Shown here: one piece after another, positions 20,055 through 28,543 of the stretch | Position numbering within the stretch: position 1 is the stretch's first letter | How the letters are laid out: every line of letters starts with the position of its first letter | DNA from: Dehalococcoidia bacterium | Lineage (GTDB): Bacteria > Chloroflexota > Dehalococcoidia > SM23-28-2 > HRBIN24 | DNA length: 64,000 bases | Assembly: GCA_032249735.1 (NCBI GenBank) | Contig: JAVVHA010000012.1 | Coordinates: forward strand, 6,346-70,345 | Direction: 5' to 3' | The notes under the pieces: model-generated | What the model saw: only the letters and a program-made list of their open reading frames with translations | What the model was told of the DNA's origin: nothing | The model's database searches: none | Made by a program: the position numbers and the translations under genes

Positions 20055-20440
20055 GGGGCAGTGGGCCTATAAGCCGGGTTCTGTAGTCGCCCCCTAAGGG
20101 GCGACCGGTGGTCATCAATCTGGGCCTCCCCTTACGGAGAGGCTCAAGCGGCCTACCCGAGGGCATCGGGCCGGGCATCCCTAGGCCCCAAAAGGGGCTC
20201 GCCCTCCTATTTGGCCTTGCTCCGCGTGGGGTTTGGCCAGCCGGCAGGTCGCCCTGCCGCTGGTGGGCTCTTACCCCACCTTTTCACCCTTACCGCCGGA
20301 ATCCCGGCGGCGGTATGGTTTCTGTGCCACTTTCCGCGGGTCGCCCCGCCTGGGCGTTACCCAGCACGCTGCCCGGTGGAGCCCGGACTTTCCTCCCCCC
20401 GCTCACAGGCGGGGGGCGACCACCCGGCCCACTGTGCCCC
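20055..20440 (-). ncRNA. rnpB: RNase P RNA, bacterial type A
   Basis: Reverse complement contains GGAGGAAAGUCCGGGCUCC (P4 5' strand), AGGGUGAAAAGGUGGGGUAAGAGCCCACC, GUGGCACAGAAACCAUACC, and ACAGAACCCGGCUUAUAGG (P4 3' strand). P1 pairs CAGUGGGCC with GGCCCACUG, for a length of about 386 nt. An extended -10 TGTAAAAT at 20455-20462. Confidence 0.9.
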
Positions 20441-20506
20441 CGCCACCTATCATCATTTTACAGCGCCAGCGTTGCCCGAAGACGCGCCCCAAACCCAAGG
20501 CCATTA

Positions 20507-20920
20507 TCAGGGGACACTCGTGCCGGCCTGAGAGCTAGTGGCCACTAGCTCTTGGAAGAAACGGACGATGTCGCCCTCGGGGCTTCCTGCCCTAAACACC
20601 CCCTTCACACCCATGGCCCGTAGCCAGGCCTCGTCCTCCTCGCTGAGCACACCTCCACCCACCACCACCGGGATGGCCAGGCCCTCCTCCTCTAGCCTCC
20701 TCAAGAGCTGGGGCACATAGGTGCGGAACTCCCAGGAATAACAGCTGATGCCTATGGCCTGCACGCCTTCCTCCAAGGCCGCCCTCACGATGGAATCGGG
20801 GGTCTGAAAGCGTCCCAGATAGACCACCTCGAAGCCGGCATCGCGAAGGACGCGGGACACGGTGAGGGCGCCCACCTCATGCTGGTCCATGCCCAGGAGC
20901 GATATGAGGACCTTGGCCAT
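20507..20920 (-). CDS. Methylmalonyl-CoA mutase small (cobalamin-binding) subunit
   Basis: A B12-binding Rossmann domain (LGMDQHEVGALTVSRVLRDAGFEVVYLG). Confidence 0.85.
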   Translation of the reverse strand: MAKVLISLLGMDQHEVGALTVSRVLRDAGFEVVYLGRFQTPDSIVRAALEEGVQAIGISCYSWEFRTYVPQLLRRLEEEGLAIPVVVGGGVLSEEDEAWLRAMGVKGVFRAGSPEGDIVRFFQELVATSSQAGTSVP

Positions 20921-20929
20921 GGCCTCCTC

Positions 20930-22537
20930 CTAGAGCGCCAAGAGCCTCTCCTCCAGAGGGCTGTAGGGCGCCTGATACGCCGTTCGCACCGCCCCAGCGA
21001 TCTCCCCCATGGTGGCCCCTACCTTAAGGGCCTCCATGATGGGGAAGACCAGGTTGGCCGAGGGCTCACGCGCCGTGGAGGCGACATGGGCCAGGGCGGC
21101 GCGCACCTTCGCCTGGTCGCGTCGACGGCGTAGCTCCCGCACCTTCTCTATCTGTTCCTGCGCCACCTCGAACCTCGTCTCCGCCAGGTCGCGCAACAAG
21201 GTATCCTCCTCGGGAGGCATCACCAGGACGTTCACACCCACCACCTTCTTAATGCCGGTCCGGAGGGCCTCATGGCGGCGAGAAATGGCCCTGTGGAATA
21301 CGCTGGCGAAGTAGCCCGTCCGGGCCAGCTCCAGCACGTCCCCCTTGGCCTCAATGTCTCTCACCAGCGCTAGCACCCGCTCCTCCAGTTCGTTAGTAAG
21401 GGTTTCCACGTAGTACGACCCCCCCAAGGGGTCTGCCACTCGCGTCACCCCCGTCTCGTAGGCGATGATCTGGAGGGTCCTGAGGGCCACGGTGGCCGCC
21501 TCCAAGGTGGGGACGCGGAAGGGCTCATCGAAGGCGCATACCTCCACCGCCTGGCAGCCACCCAGCACGGCCGCCAGGGCCTCATAGGCGCCCCGCACGA
21601 TGTTGTTGGGGAGCTGGCTGGCTGTGAGGGATATGCCCGAGGTGTGCACCGTTATGGTCAGGCGCCACGACCGGGGGTCCTGGGCACCGAACTCGTCTCG
21701 CATCATGCGGGCCCAGATGCGGCGCAGGGCACGGTACTTGGCGATCTCCTCGAAGAAGTCCATGCGCGCCGTCAGGAGGAAGGCTATGCGATGCCCAAAG
21801 CTGTCGATGGGCACCCCTCTTGATAGGAGGGCCCGTATGATGGCTCGGGCCTCCACCAGCGCTAGGGCCAGCTCCTCCACAGCGTTCAGCCCCACCTCGC
21901 TTATGTAATAGGCGTCCTCCACGAAGGCATGGAAGTTGGGCAGTCGCTGGGCTGAGAACTCGATGGCGTCCACCGCCAGGCGCATCCTCATCTCCACAGG
22001 GTGGCCGGTGGCATAGGAGCAGTCCTCACAGTAGAGGGGCACCACGATGGTAGAGCCCCGCACAGCATCGGTAGGCGTCCCCCTCTCCTCCGCCAGGCAG
22101 GTCAGGGCCGCCACCACGAAGGGAGCGGGCGCCGACCAGGAGAGGGAGACAGCGTCCAGAGGTATCCCCTCCAGCAGCTCGCGGTAATCGTCCAGGCAGC
22201 AGAGGGGCACGCCCTGCGTCCCCACGCTGGCAGCGGCCAGGGGATGGTCGGAGTCCAGCCAGCTCATGGTGGGGCTATCGCCGATGACGTCGATGCCCGT
22301 CTGCCCCGCCGCCAGGAGTTTGCGCAGACGCACATTGGTCTGCCGCGGCGTCCCCTCTCCAGCCAGCACGCGCATGATCCAAGGCCGGCGGCGAAACATC
22401 TCGGGATGAATGCCGCGGGTGTAGGGATAACTGCCGCTGTCACCCAAGTGAACATCGTAATCCAGGGACGCCACATCCTCCGGTCTGTATATGCGCTTGA
22501 GGGGAATGCCAGAGTCCGTAGTCACCTCATCAGACAT
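20930..22537 (-). CDS. Methylmalonyl-CoA mutase large (catalytic TIM-barrel) subunit
   Basis: YRPEDVASLDYDVHLGDSGSYPYTRGIHPEMFRRRPWIMR and further MCM N-domain motifs. The ATG at 22537 has a GGAGG RBS. The ORF-track start at 22696 is read-through. Confidence 0.9.
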   Translation of the reverse strand: MSDEVTTDSGIPLKRIYRPEDVASLDYDVHLGDSGSYPYTRGIHPEMFRRRPWIMRVLAGEGTPRQTNVRLRKLLAAGQTGIDVIGDSPTMSWLDSDHPLAAASVGTQGVPLCCLDDYRELLEGIPLDAVSLSWSAPAPFVVAALTCLAEERGTPTDAVRGSTIVVPLYCEDCSYATGHPVEMRMRLAVDAIEFSAQRLPNFHAFVEDAYYISEVGLNAVEELALALVEARAIIRALLSRGVPIDSFGHRIAFLLTARMDFFEEIAKYRALRRIWARMMRDEFGAQDPRSWRLTITVHTSGISLTASQLPNNIVRGAYEALAAVLGGCQAVEVCAFDEPFRVPTLEAATVALRTLQIIAYETGVTRVADPLGGSYYVETLTNELEERVLALVRDIEAKGDVLELARTGYFASVFHRAISRRHEALRTGIKKVVGVNVLVMPPEEDTLLRDLAETRFEVAQEQIEKVRELRRRRDQAKVRAALAHVASTAREPSANLVFPIMEALKVGATMGEIAGAVRTAYQAPYSPLEERLLAL

Positions 22538-22823
22538 GGCGCAAGCCTCCTCTGCCCTTTCCCCCTTGGGAGCCTTACACAGTCGGAATGCCGCTGCCCT
22601 TCCATAGGGGCGTCCCTGAGCCTGGCGCGTCAAGAGGGGAAAGCACCACAAGTGGGGAAAAGCACCATGGACCGCGAAGGAGATAACCCATACCAAATAT
22701 GGGAAGAACGACTTTAGTAGGCGTTTTTGACATCTTATTGACAGGCCGGGCCGTCTTGTGGGAGTCTAAAAGTAGGAGAGGCCTCTTCGATTAGTAGGGG
22801 GGCGGGCTGCGAGGAGGAGTGTC

Positions 22824-23909
22824 ATGGGTAAAGGTAAGGGTCAGGGTAAGGTGGAACGGGCAGCAGCAGCATCGGCAAGCGTAAGGCCTCCCCGGGTGAT
22901 ACGACCTCCGGAGAACCCCATCATCGCTCCCAGGACCGATAACCCTTGGGAGTGGTACGCCACCTTCAACCCGGCGGCCCTGTACGATGAAGGCCGTGTC
23001 CACCTGTTGTACCGCGCCATCGGCGCCGGAAACGTATCCGTCCTCGGCTACGCCAGCTCCACCGACGGCATCCACATCGAGGAGCGTCTGGACGACCCAG
23101 CCTATGTGCCGACCCAGCCCTTCGAGATCACCCCTCCTGCTCCTCACACGGAGCGCCAGCGGTGGTACCGCCGGGCCTACATATCGGGCGGCGGCTGGGG
23201 CGGGGCCGAGGACCCCCGTCTGACCATGATTGGCGACCGCATCTACATGACCTACGTGGCCTTCAACGGCTTCGACCCGCCACGGGTGGCCCTCACTTCC
23301 ATATGCCGCCAGGACTTCCTGGCCCGGCGGTGGAACTGGGCCCCTTCCCGCGTCATCTCCCCCCCTGGGGTGGTGGACAAGAACGCCTGCATCCTCCCCG
23401 AAAAGATAGGGGGTAAGTATGTCATCTTCCATCGCATCTTCCCGGACATCCTCATCGACTTCGTGGACAGCCTGGAGTTCGCCGAGGGCCAATATCTGCG
23501 AGGGCAGTATGCCATAAGCCCTCGGCCGGGGCGGTGGGACAGCCGCAAGGTAGGAGCTGGCGCGCCACCCATCAGAACGCCCGAAGGGTGGCTCCTCATC
23601 TACCATGCGGTGGACGACAGGGATGACTCCTGTTATCTCGTAGGGGCCATGCTCCTAGAGCTGGATGACCCCACCAAGGTTATCAGCCGGACCGACGAGC
23701 CCATCATGCGGCCTCAATACTCCTACGAGAACGAAGGACACAAATCCGGAGTGGTCTACCCGTGTGGGGCTGTGCTCATGGGCCGAGACCTGCTAATATA
23801 CTACGGAGGAGCAGACAAGTTCGTTTGCGTGGCCCGAGTGGATGTGCAGGCCTTGCTGGACTACTTACGGGCCTGTCGGCCACGCAGAAGTATAGCTAGC
23901 GCAGCGTAG
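22824..23909 (+). CDS. GH130-family glycoside phosphorylase-like protein (beta-mannoside phosphorylase family, PF04041-like)
   Basis: NPIIAPRTDNPWEWYATFNPAAL, RVHLLYRAIG, and SVLGYASSTDGIHIE are typical of the GH130 5-bladed propeller. A Lys/Gly-rich N-terminus. Confidence 0.8.
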   Translation: MGKGKGQGKVERAAAASASVRPPRVIRPPENPIIAPRTDNPWEWYATFNPAALYDEGRVHLLYRAIGAGNVSVLGYASSTDGIHIEERLDDPAYVPTQPFEITPPAPHTERQRWYRRAYISGGGWGGAEDPRLTMIGDRIYMTYVAFNGFDPPRVALTSICRQDFLARRWNWAPSRVISPPGVVDKNACILPEKIGGKYVIFHRIFPDILIDFVDSLEFAEGQYLRGQYAISPRPGRWDSRKVGAGAPPIRTPEGWLLIYHAVDDRDDSCYLVGAMLLELDDPTKVISRTDEPIMRPQYSYENEGHKSGVVYPCGAVLMGRDLLIYYGGADKFVCVARVDVQALLDYLRACRPRRSIASAA

Positions 23910-25855
23910 TGAGGGTCGAGCGGCTCGCCGGCAACCCGGTGCTGAAGCCAGTCCCTGAGCAAGAGTGGGAGGGGCTTGCCACCTTCAATGGCTGCGTTGT
24001 CCGGGATGGGAACCTGTTCCGCATGGTCTATCGGGCCATGTCCCATCCCAAGGAGCACCTGGGCCACCATCTGCCCATCTCCACCATTGGCTACGCCGAG
24101 AGCGAGGACGGGGTCCACTTCTATGGACGCCGGCAGCTCATCCGCCCTGAGTACGAGTGGGAGTGCTTCGGGTGTGAGGACCCTCGGGCTACCCGCCTCG
24201 AGGGCAAGTATTACATCTTCTATACTGCCCTCTCGGCCTACCCCTTCCGCCCCCAGGGGATCCGCGTAGGGCTGGCCATCACCAGGGACTTTGTCCAACT
24301 GGAGGAGAAGCACCTGGTGACACCCTTCAACGCCAAGGCCATGGCCCTGTTCCCAGAGCGCATAGGTGGCAAGCTGGCAGCGGTGCTCACCGCTAATACC
24401 GATATGCCCCCTGCCAAGATCTCCCTGGCCTTCTTCGACGAGGAATCGGACATTTGGGACCAAGAACGGTGGGCCCGCTGGTACGAGTCCCTGGACGACC
24501 ACGTGTTGCCTCTCATGCGCTCCCACCTGGACCAGGTGGAGGTAGGGGCACCGCCGCTAGCACTGGAAGAAGGCTGGCTTTTGATTTTCAGCTACATCAA
24601 GGACTACCAGTTGGGAAGCAGCCGTGTCTTCGGCATTGAGGCGGTGCTGCTGGACCGGGCGGATCCTTTCCGCATACTGGGCCGCACGCGGGAGCCCATC
24701 CTAGTGCCTGAGGCCTATTATGAGCGCATCGGCCATGTGATGGATGTGGTGTTCCCCAGTGGGGCAGTGGTGGTGGACGACCACCTGCTCATCTACTACG
24801 GGGCCGCCGATACCACGGTGGCCGTGGCCAGGGTGGAGCTCCAGGAGCTCCTAGACGCCATGAAGCCACCCTCCTTCTTCATCCCCCACCGTCCCACCCA
24901 TGAGAGGCACAAGCTCTACCGGTACGAGGGAAACCCCATCCTCTACCCCCGCCCCGAGCTGGGGTGGGAGGCCAAGGCCGTCTTCAACCCGGGCGTAGTG
25001 GTGGCCAACGGGCGGGTGCACATGCTCTACCGCGCCCTCTCCCATGACAACACCTCCGTCCTGGGCTATGCCTCCAGCGCCGATGGCGTCCACTTCGACG
25101 ACCGGCCCAACAGGCCTGCCTACGTGCCCCGGGAGGATTTTGAGAAGAAAGCCTCGCCCGACGTCCCCTCAGGGTGTGAGGACCCCCGCCTCACCCTGAT
25201 GGATGGCATGGTACATATGACGTATACCGCCTTCAACGGCTACGACGCCCAAGTGGCCTACACCCGCATCAGCCTTGAGGACTTCCTCGCCAAACGGTGG
25301 AACTGGTCCAAGCCGATAGTGATCTCGGCCCCCAAGATATGGGACAAGAACGCCGCCCTGCTGCCCGCCCGTATCGGTGGGAAGCTCTTTGTCTTCCACC
25401 GCCTCAGCCTGGGCATCTGGGTAGACTGGCTGGACGCCATGGAGGAGGCGCAGGAGCGGTGGCTCGGAGGCAAGGTCATCATCACCCCGCGACCGGGCAT
25501 GTGGGACAACGCCAAGGTGGGCATCGCCGCTCCCCCCGTGGAGACAGAACACGGCTGGCTTATGCTCTACCACGGCATCCAAGAGCCAGGGACCATCTAT
25601 CGGGTGGGGGCCGCACTGCTGGACAGGGATGACCCCACACGGGTCCTGGTGCGGAGCCGGGACCCCATCCTTGAGCCGGAGATGGAGTGGGAGCGCCGCG
25701 GCCTGGTGCCCAACGTGGTCTTCCCCTGCGGCGTAGCCCTGTTGGGTGAGGACCTGTATGTGTACTATGGTGGGGCCGACAGGGTGATAGGCGTTGCTGC
25801 CGTCAAGCTCCAGGATCTCCTGGACGAGCTGCTACGCCAGGCGCGCCAAGTGTAG
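23909..25855 (+). CDS. Protein with two tandem GH130-like domains
   Basis: Repeat 1 is NPVLKPVPEQEWEGLATFNGCVV...MVYRAMS. Repeat 2 is NPILYPRPELGWEAKAVFNPGVV...MLYRALSHDNTSVLGYASSADGVHFD. A GTG start overlaps the previous stop (TAGTG). Confidence 0.8.
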   Translation: MRVERLAGNPVLKPVPEQEWEGLATFNGCVVRDGNLFRMVYRAMSHPKEHLGHHLPISTIGYAESEDGVHFYGRRQLIRPEYEWECFGCEDPRATRLEGKYYIFYTALSAYPFRPQGIRVGLAITRDFVQLEEKHLVTPFNAKAMALFPERIGGKLAAVLTANTDMPPAKISLAFFDEESDIWDQERWARWYESLDDHVLPLMRSHLDQVEVGAPPLALEEGWLLIFSYIKDYQLGSSRVFGIEAVLLDRADPFRILGRTREPILVPEAYYERIGHVMDVVFPSGAVVVDDHLLIYYGAADTTVAVARVELQELLDAMKPPSFFIPHRPTHERHKLYRYEGNPILYPRPELGWEAKAVFNPGVVVANGRVHMLYRALSHDNTSVLGYASSADGVHFDDRPNRPAYVPREDFEKKASPDVPSGCEDPRLTLMDGMVHMTYTAFNGYDAQVAYTRISLEDFLAKRWNWSKPIVISAPKIWDKNAALLPARIGGKLFVFHRLSLGIWVDWLDAMEEAQERWLGGKVIITPRPGMWDNAKVGIAAPPVETEHGWLMLYHGIQEPGTIYRVGAALLDRDDPTRVLVRSRDPILEPEMEWERRGLVPNVVFPCGVALLGEDLYVYYGGADRVIGVAAVKLQDLLDELLRQARQV

Positions 25856-25902
25856 TTCCCTTTCCCCCAGCAGGGACCAGGCCACCGATATAACGTGAGG
25901 CT

Positions 25903-26658
25903 TTAGCGGAAGAGGTCGCGCTCGGCCGGGCGCACCATGTCAGTAGCCCGGCCGGGGCCCGGGAGGTAGCGAAAGCCACGGATAAGGGCCACCGGCACCC
26001 TCTCCAGCTTACCCATCACCAGCTCAGCAGCCGCTGCCAGCTCATCCGCCACGGCCATGTTGGTCACCCGCAGCACATATCCATAGGGGTCCGTCTGCCC
26101 CACGTAGTTTTGGAACGGTGACATGCCGGCCACCCCCACGGCCACGTTGACATGCCCCTCCCGCCAGGGACGGCCGAAGGTGTCACTTATGATGACCGCC
26201 ACCTCTACCCCTGCCACCTCCCGGAGGCGACGGCGGATGGTCTCCGCCGAGGCGTCAGGGTCCAAGGGCAGGAGGGAGACATACCCCTCGCCGGCCACGT
26301 TGGAGGTATCGATGCCAGCATTGGCGCATACGAACCCATGCCTCGTCTCGGTGATGAGGACGCCCCGCTCCGCCCGCACGATACGCCGGCTCTCCCGCAA
26401 CACCAGCTCCACCAACCGAGGGTCCTTGTCCAGGCGAGCGGCCAGCTGGCGCGCCTCAGGCGATGGCTCCACCTGGGCCAAGGCCACCACCCGACCCTCG
26501 GCCTTGGAGACCACCTTCTGGGTCACCACCACTACGTCCCCGTCCTGAAGCTCTGTCCCCTGGGCATGGGCGGCCTGGGCGATGAGAAGGCCCAAGTCGT
26601 CCCCCTCCCTTATCTCCCCCATACCGGCGATGCCGATGATGCGCACTTCGGGAGCCAT
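25903..26658 (-). CDS. cofE: Coenzyme F420-0:L-glutamate ligase
   Basis: About 250 aa with VCANAGIDTSNV and the characteristic CofE/FbiB N-domain layout. Confidence 0.85.
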   Translation of the reverse strand: MAPEVRIIGIAGMGEIREGDDLGLLIAQAAHAQGTELQDGDVVVVTQKVVSKAEGRVVALAQVEPSPEARQLAARLDKDPRLVELVLRESRRIVRAERGVLITETRHGFVCANAGIDTSNVAGEGYVSLLPLDPDASAETIRRRLREVAGVEVAVIISDTFGRPWREGHVNVAVGVAGMSPFQNYVGQTDPYGYVLRVTNMAVADELAAAAELVMGKLERVPVALIRGFRYLPGPGRATDMVRPAERDLFR

Positions 26659-26659
26659 G

Positions 26660-27310
26660 TTAGATGCCTACGATGCGCACGCCCGTGCGGGCCTTATAGA
26701 TGCGGTTGAGGTTCAGCAAGAGAGCTGTCCACTCCTCCAAGTAGCGGGAGTTGGCCAGGATGCCAGCATCTACGGCCCTCACATACTCGATCTTCTCCGC
26801 CAGCTCCATCACCTGCCTCTTGGCCGAGCGGTCGTCGGAACAGATGAGGATATCCCCTTGCATGGGCTTCTCCACCGTCTGAAGGAGGTGGGCATCCAGG
26901 TGATGGAAGCCGCTCACCACCCGCGATTTGGGCAAAAGCTTCTGGGCCTGCTGAGCCGCCGAACCTTCAGGCACATCTATGGCCCGCACCCCTCTCTTGC
27001 TGAACTCCAAAGGAACCACTACATCCACCACTATCTTGTCCTCCAGGAGGGAGGCCAGGGATGCTACCGTGTCCCGGTGTCCCTCATATGGCACCGTGAT
27101 GAACACTATCTCCCCCTCCCTTGCCGCCTCAGCGTTGAGGAGGCCACGCACCTTGGCCTGAGGGACCTTCTCCCGCACCGTCTCCGCCGCCTGCAGAGCC
27201 CTTTCCTCGGAGCGGGAGCCGATGATCACCTCCTCCCCGGCCTTGGCAAAGCGCATAGCCAGCCCCAAACCCTCGGGTCCCGTCCCTCCTATGAAAGCGA
27301 TGACGGCCAT
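26660..27310 (-). CDS. F420-dependent NADP(H) oxidoreductase (Fno/Npd family)
   Basis: MAVIAFIGGTGPEGLGLAMRFAKAGEEVIIGSRS, a classic Fno N-terminus. The ATG at 27310 has a GGAGG RBS. Confidence 0.85.
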   Translation of the reverse strand: MAVIAFIGGTGPEGLGLAMRFAKAGEEVIIGSRSEERALQAAETVREKVPQAKVRGLLNAEAAREGEIVFITVPYEGHRDTVASLASLLEDKIVVDVVVPLEFSKRGVRAIDVPEGSAAQQAQKLLPKSRVVSGFHHLDAHLLQTVEKPMQGDILICSDDRSAKRQVMELAEKIEYVRAVDAGILANSRYLEEWTALLLNLNRIYKARTGVRIVGI

Positions 27311-27361
27311 CCACACTCCTCCTTCGGCGTTAGAGTCCTCAAGCCGTATTATGGCACTGAG

Positions 27362-28543
27362 ATGGCACTGCCCACCAGGATAAGCAGAAGGGGCCTCGCT
27401 GCCCTGGCCCATGCCCTCCTGCTGGTCTCCCTGGCCACCCTAGCGGCCTGGGGCGGCCTGGTGCTAGAGAAGCGCCTTCGCTCCTCTGACCCCATAGAGC
27501 GCATCGCATCCCCCTTCCGCCACGACACGGTGTCGTGGGAGGTGCACGCCTTTCTGACCAAGGCGGCGGCCAAGTTGGGGCGGATCCTGCCCAACCAAGA
27601 AGACCATGAGGAGCTTTTACGCCGGTTCTACACCCTCTCAGCCCGCCTCGCCCGCTCCAACGACCCCTCCCTCCTGCAGGAGCACCAACGCCTCCGCAAC
27701 CGAGTGGAGACCATCCTGGAGGGGCGCATCACCCGTCTTCTAAAGGAGGAGGGTATCACCTTCCGCCCTCCCCTGTTCGACCACTGGGAGCTGGTATTCC
27801 CCCCGGTGGCTGTTGACCTGGCCTCGCCCCCTACAGTGCTGGTGGTCTCCCCGAGGGAGGCCATAAGGCTGGAGCGGGCCATCCTCCTAGCTCCAGGCAT
27901 GGACATACCCCTTAGAGAGGCTATGGAAAGGGATGTGGACGCCACGGGCGTCTCCTCACTAGTGGTGAGCGTCGGGGGGATGGCCACCTACCCCAGCACA
28001 GTGGCCCCCCTCACCTCCTACTCTGCTACGGTGGAGACGGCCATCCACGAATGGGTCCACCACTACCTGGCCCTCTTCCCTCTGGGCCGCCACTACTTCC
28101 ATAGCCCTGAGATGCGAACCATCAACGAGACTGTGGCCGACATGGTGGCCAAGGAGCTGACAGCCAAGTTCACTCAGAGATGGCCTGCCCCCATCCAGGA
28201 GGTACCGCCTTCACCTCCCCCAGCGCAGCTGATCCACCGACTCCGCGCCCTGCGCCAGCAGGTGGAGGCCCTGCTGGCCAGGGGCGATGTGCCGAGGGCG
28301 GAACGGTTGATGGAGGAAGAGCGGGAGAGGTTGGCAAAGGAGGGGTTTTACTTTCGCAAGATCAACCAGGCCTTCTTCGCCTTCTATGGCCTATATGCTG
28401 AGAGCCCCGCATCCATCAGTCCCATCGGCGACAAGCTTAAGGCCTTGCGCAGGAGGGCTGGCTCCCTCCGGAGCTTCCTGGAGCTGGTGTCGGGGATCAC
28501 TAGCGAGGCGGAGCTGGACATGATGCTGGCCTCATCAAACTAG
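27362..28543 (+). CDS. Membrane-anchored hypothetical protein with an HExxH motif (putative zinc metallopeptidase-like)
   Basis: N-terminal TM helix (LAALAHALLLVSLATLAAW), AIHEWVHHYL (HExxH), and a C-terminal coiled coil. The real start is the second copy of a direct ATGGCACTGA repeat. Confidence 0.55.
   Translation: MALPTRISRRGLAALAHALLLVSLATLAAWGGLVLEKRLRSSDPIERIASPFRHDTVSWEVHAFLTKAAAKLGRILPNQEDHEELLRRFYTLSARLARSNDPSLLQEHQRLRNRVETILEGRITRLLKEEGITFRPPLFDHWELVFPPVAVDLASPPTVLVVSPREAIRLERAILLAPGMDIPLREAMERDVDATGVSSLVVSVGGMATYPSTVAPLTSYSATVETAIHEWVHHYLALFPLGRHYFHSPEMRTINETVADMVAKELTAKFTQRWPAPIQEVPPSPPPAQLIHRLRALRQQVEALLARGDVPRAERLMEEERERLAKEGFYFRKINQAFFAFYGLYAESPASISPIGDKLKALRRRAGSLRSFLELVSGITSEAELDMMLASSN

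Noticed and set aside
22538-22823. Possible cobalamin riboswitch in the mcm 5' UTR, and a tandem TTGACA pair at 22727-22743
   Set aside because: No B12-box or GCCACUG core was found. Only a GGTGCTTT(T)CCCC direct repeat was seen. The TTGACA hexamers lack a properly spaced -10, so no promoter call was made.
26582-27361. Upstream part of the 653-aa plus-strand frame overlapping cofE and fno
   Set aside because: Antisense to two well-supported genes. The real gene starts at the ATG at 27362.
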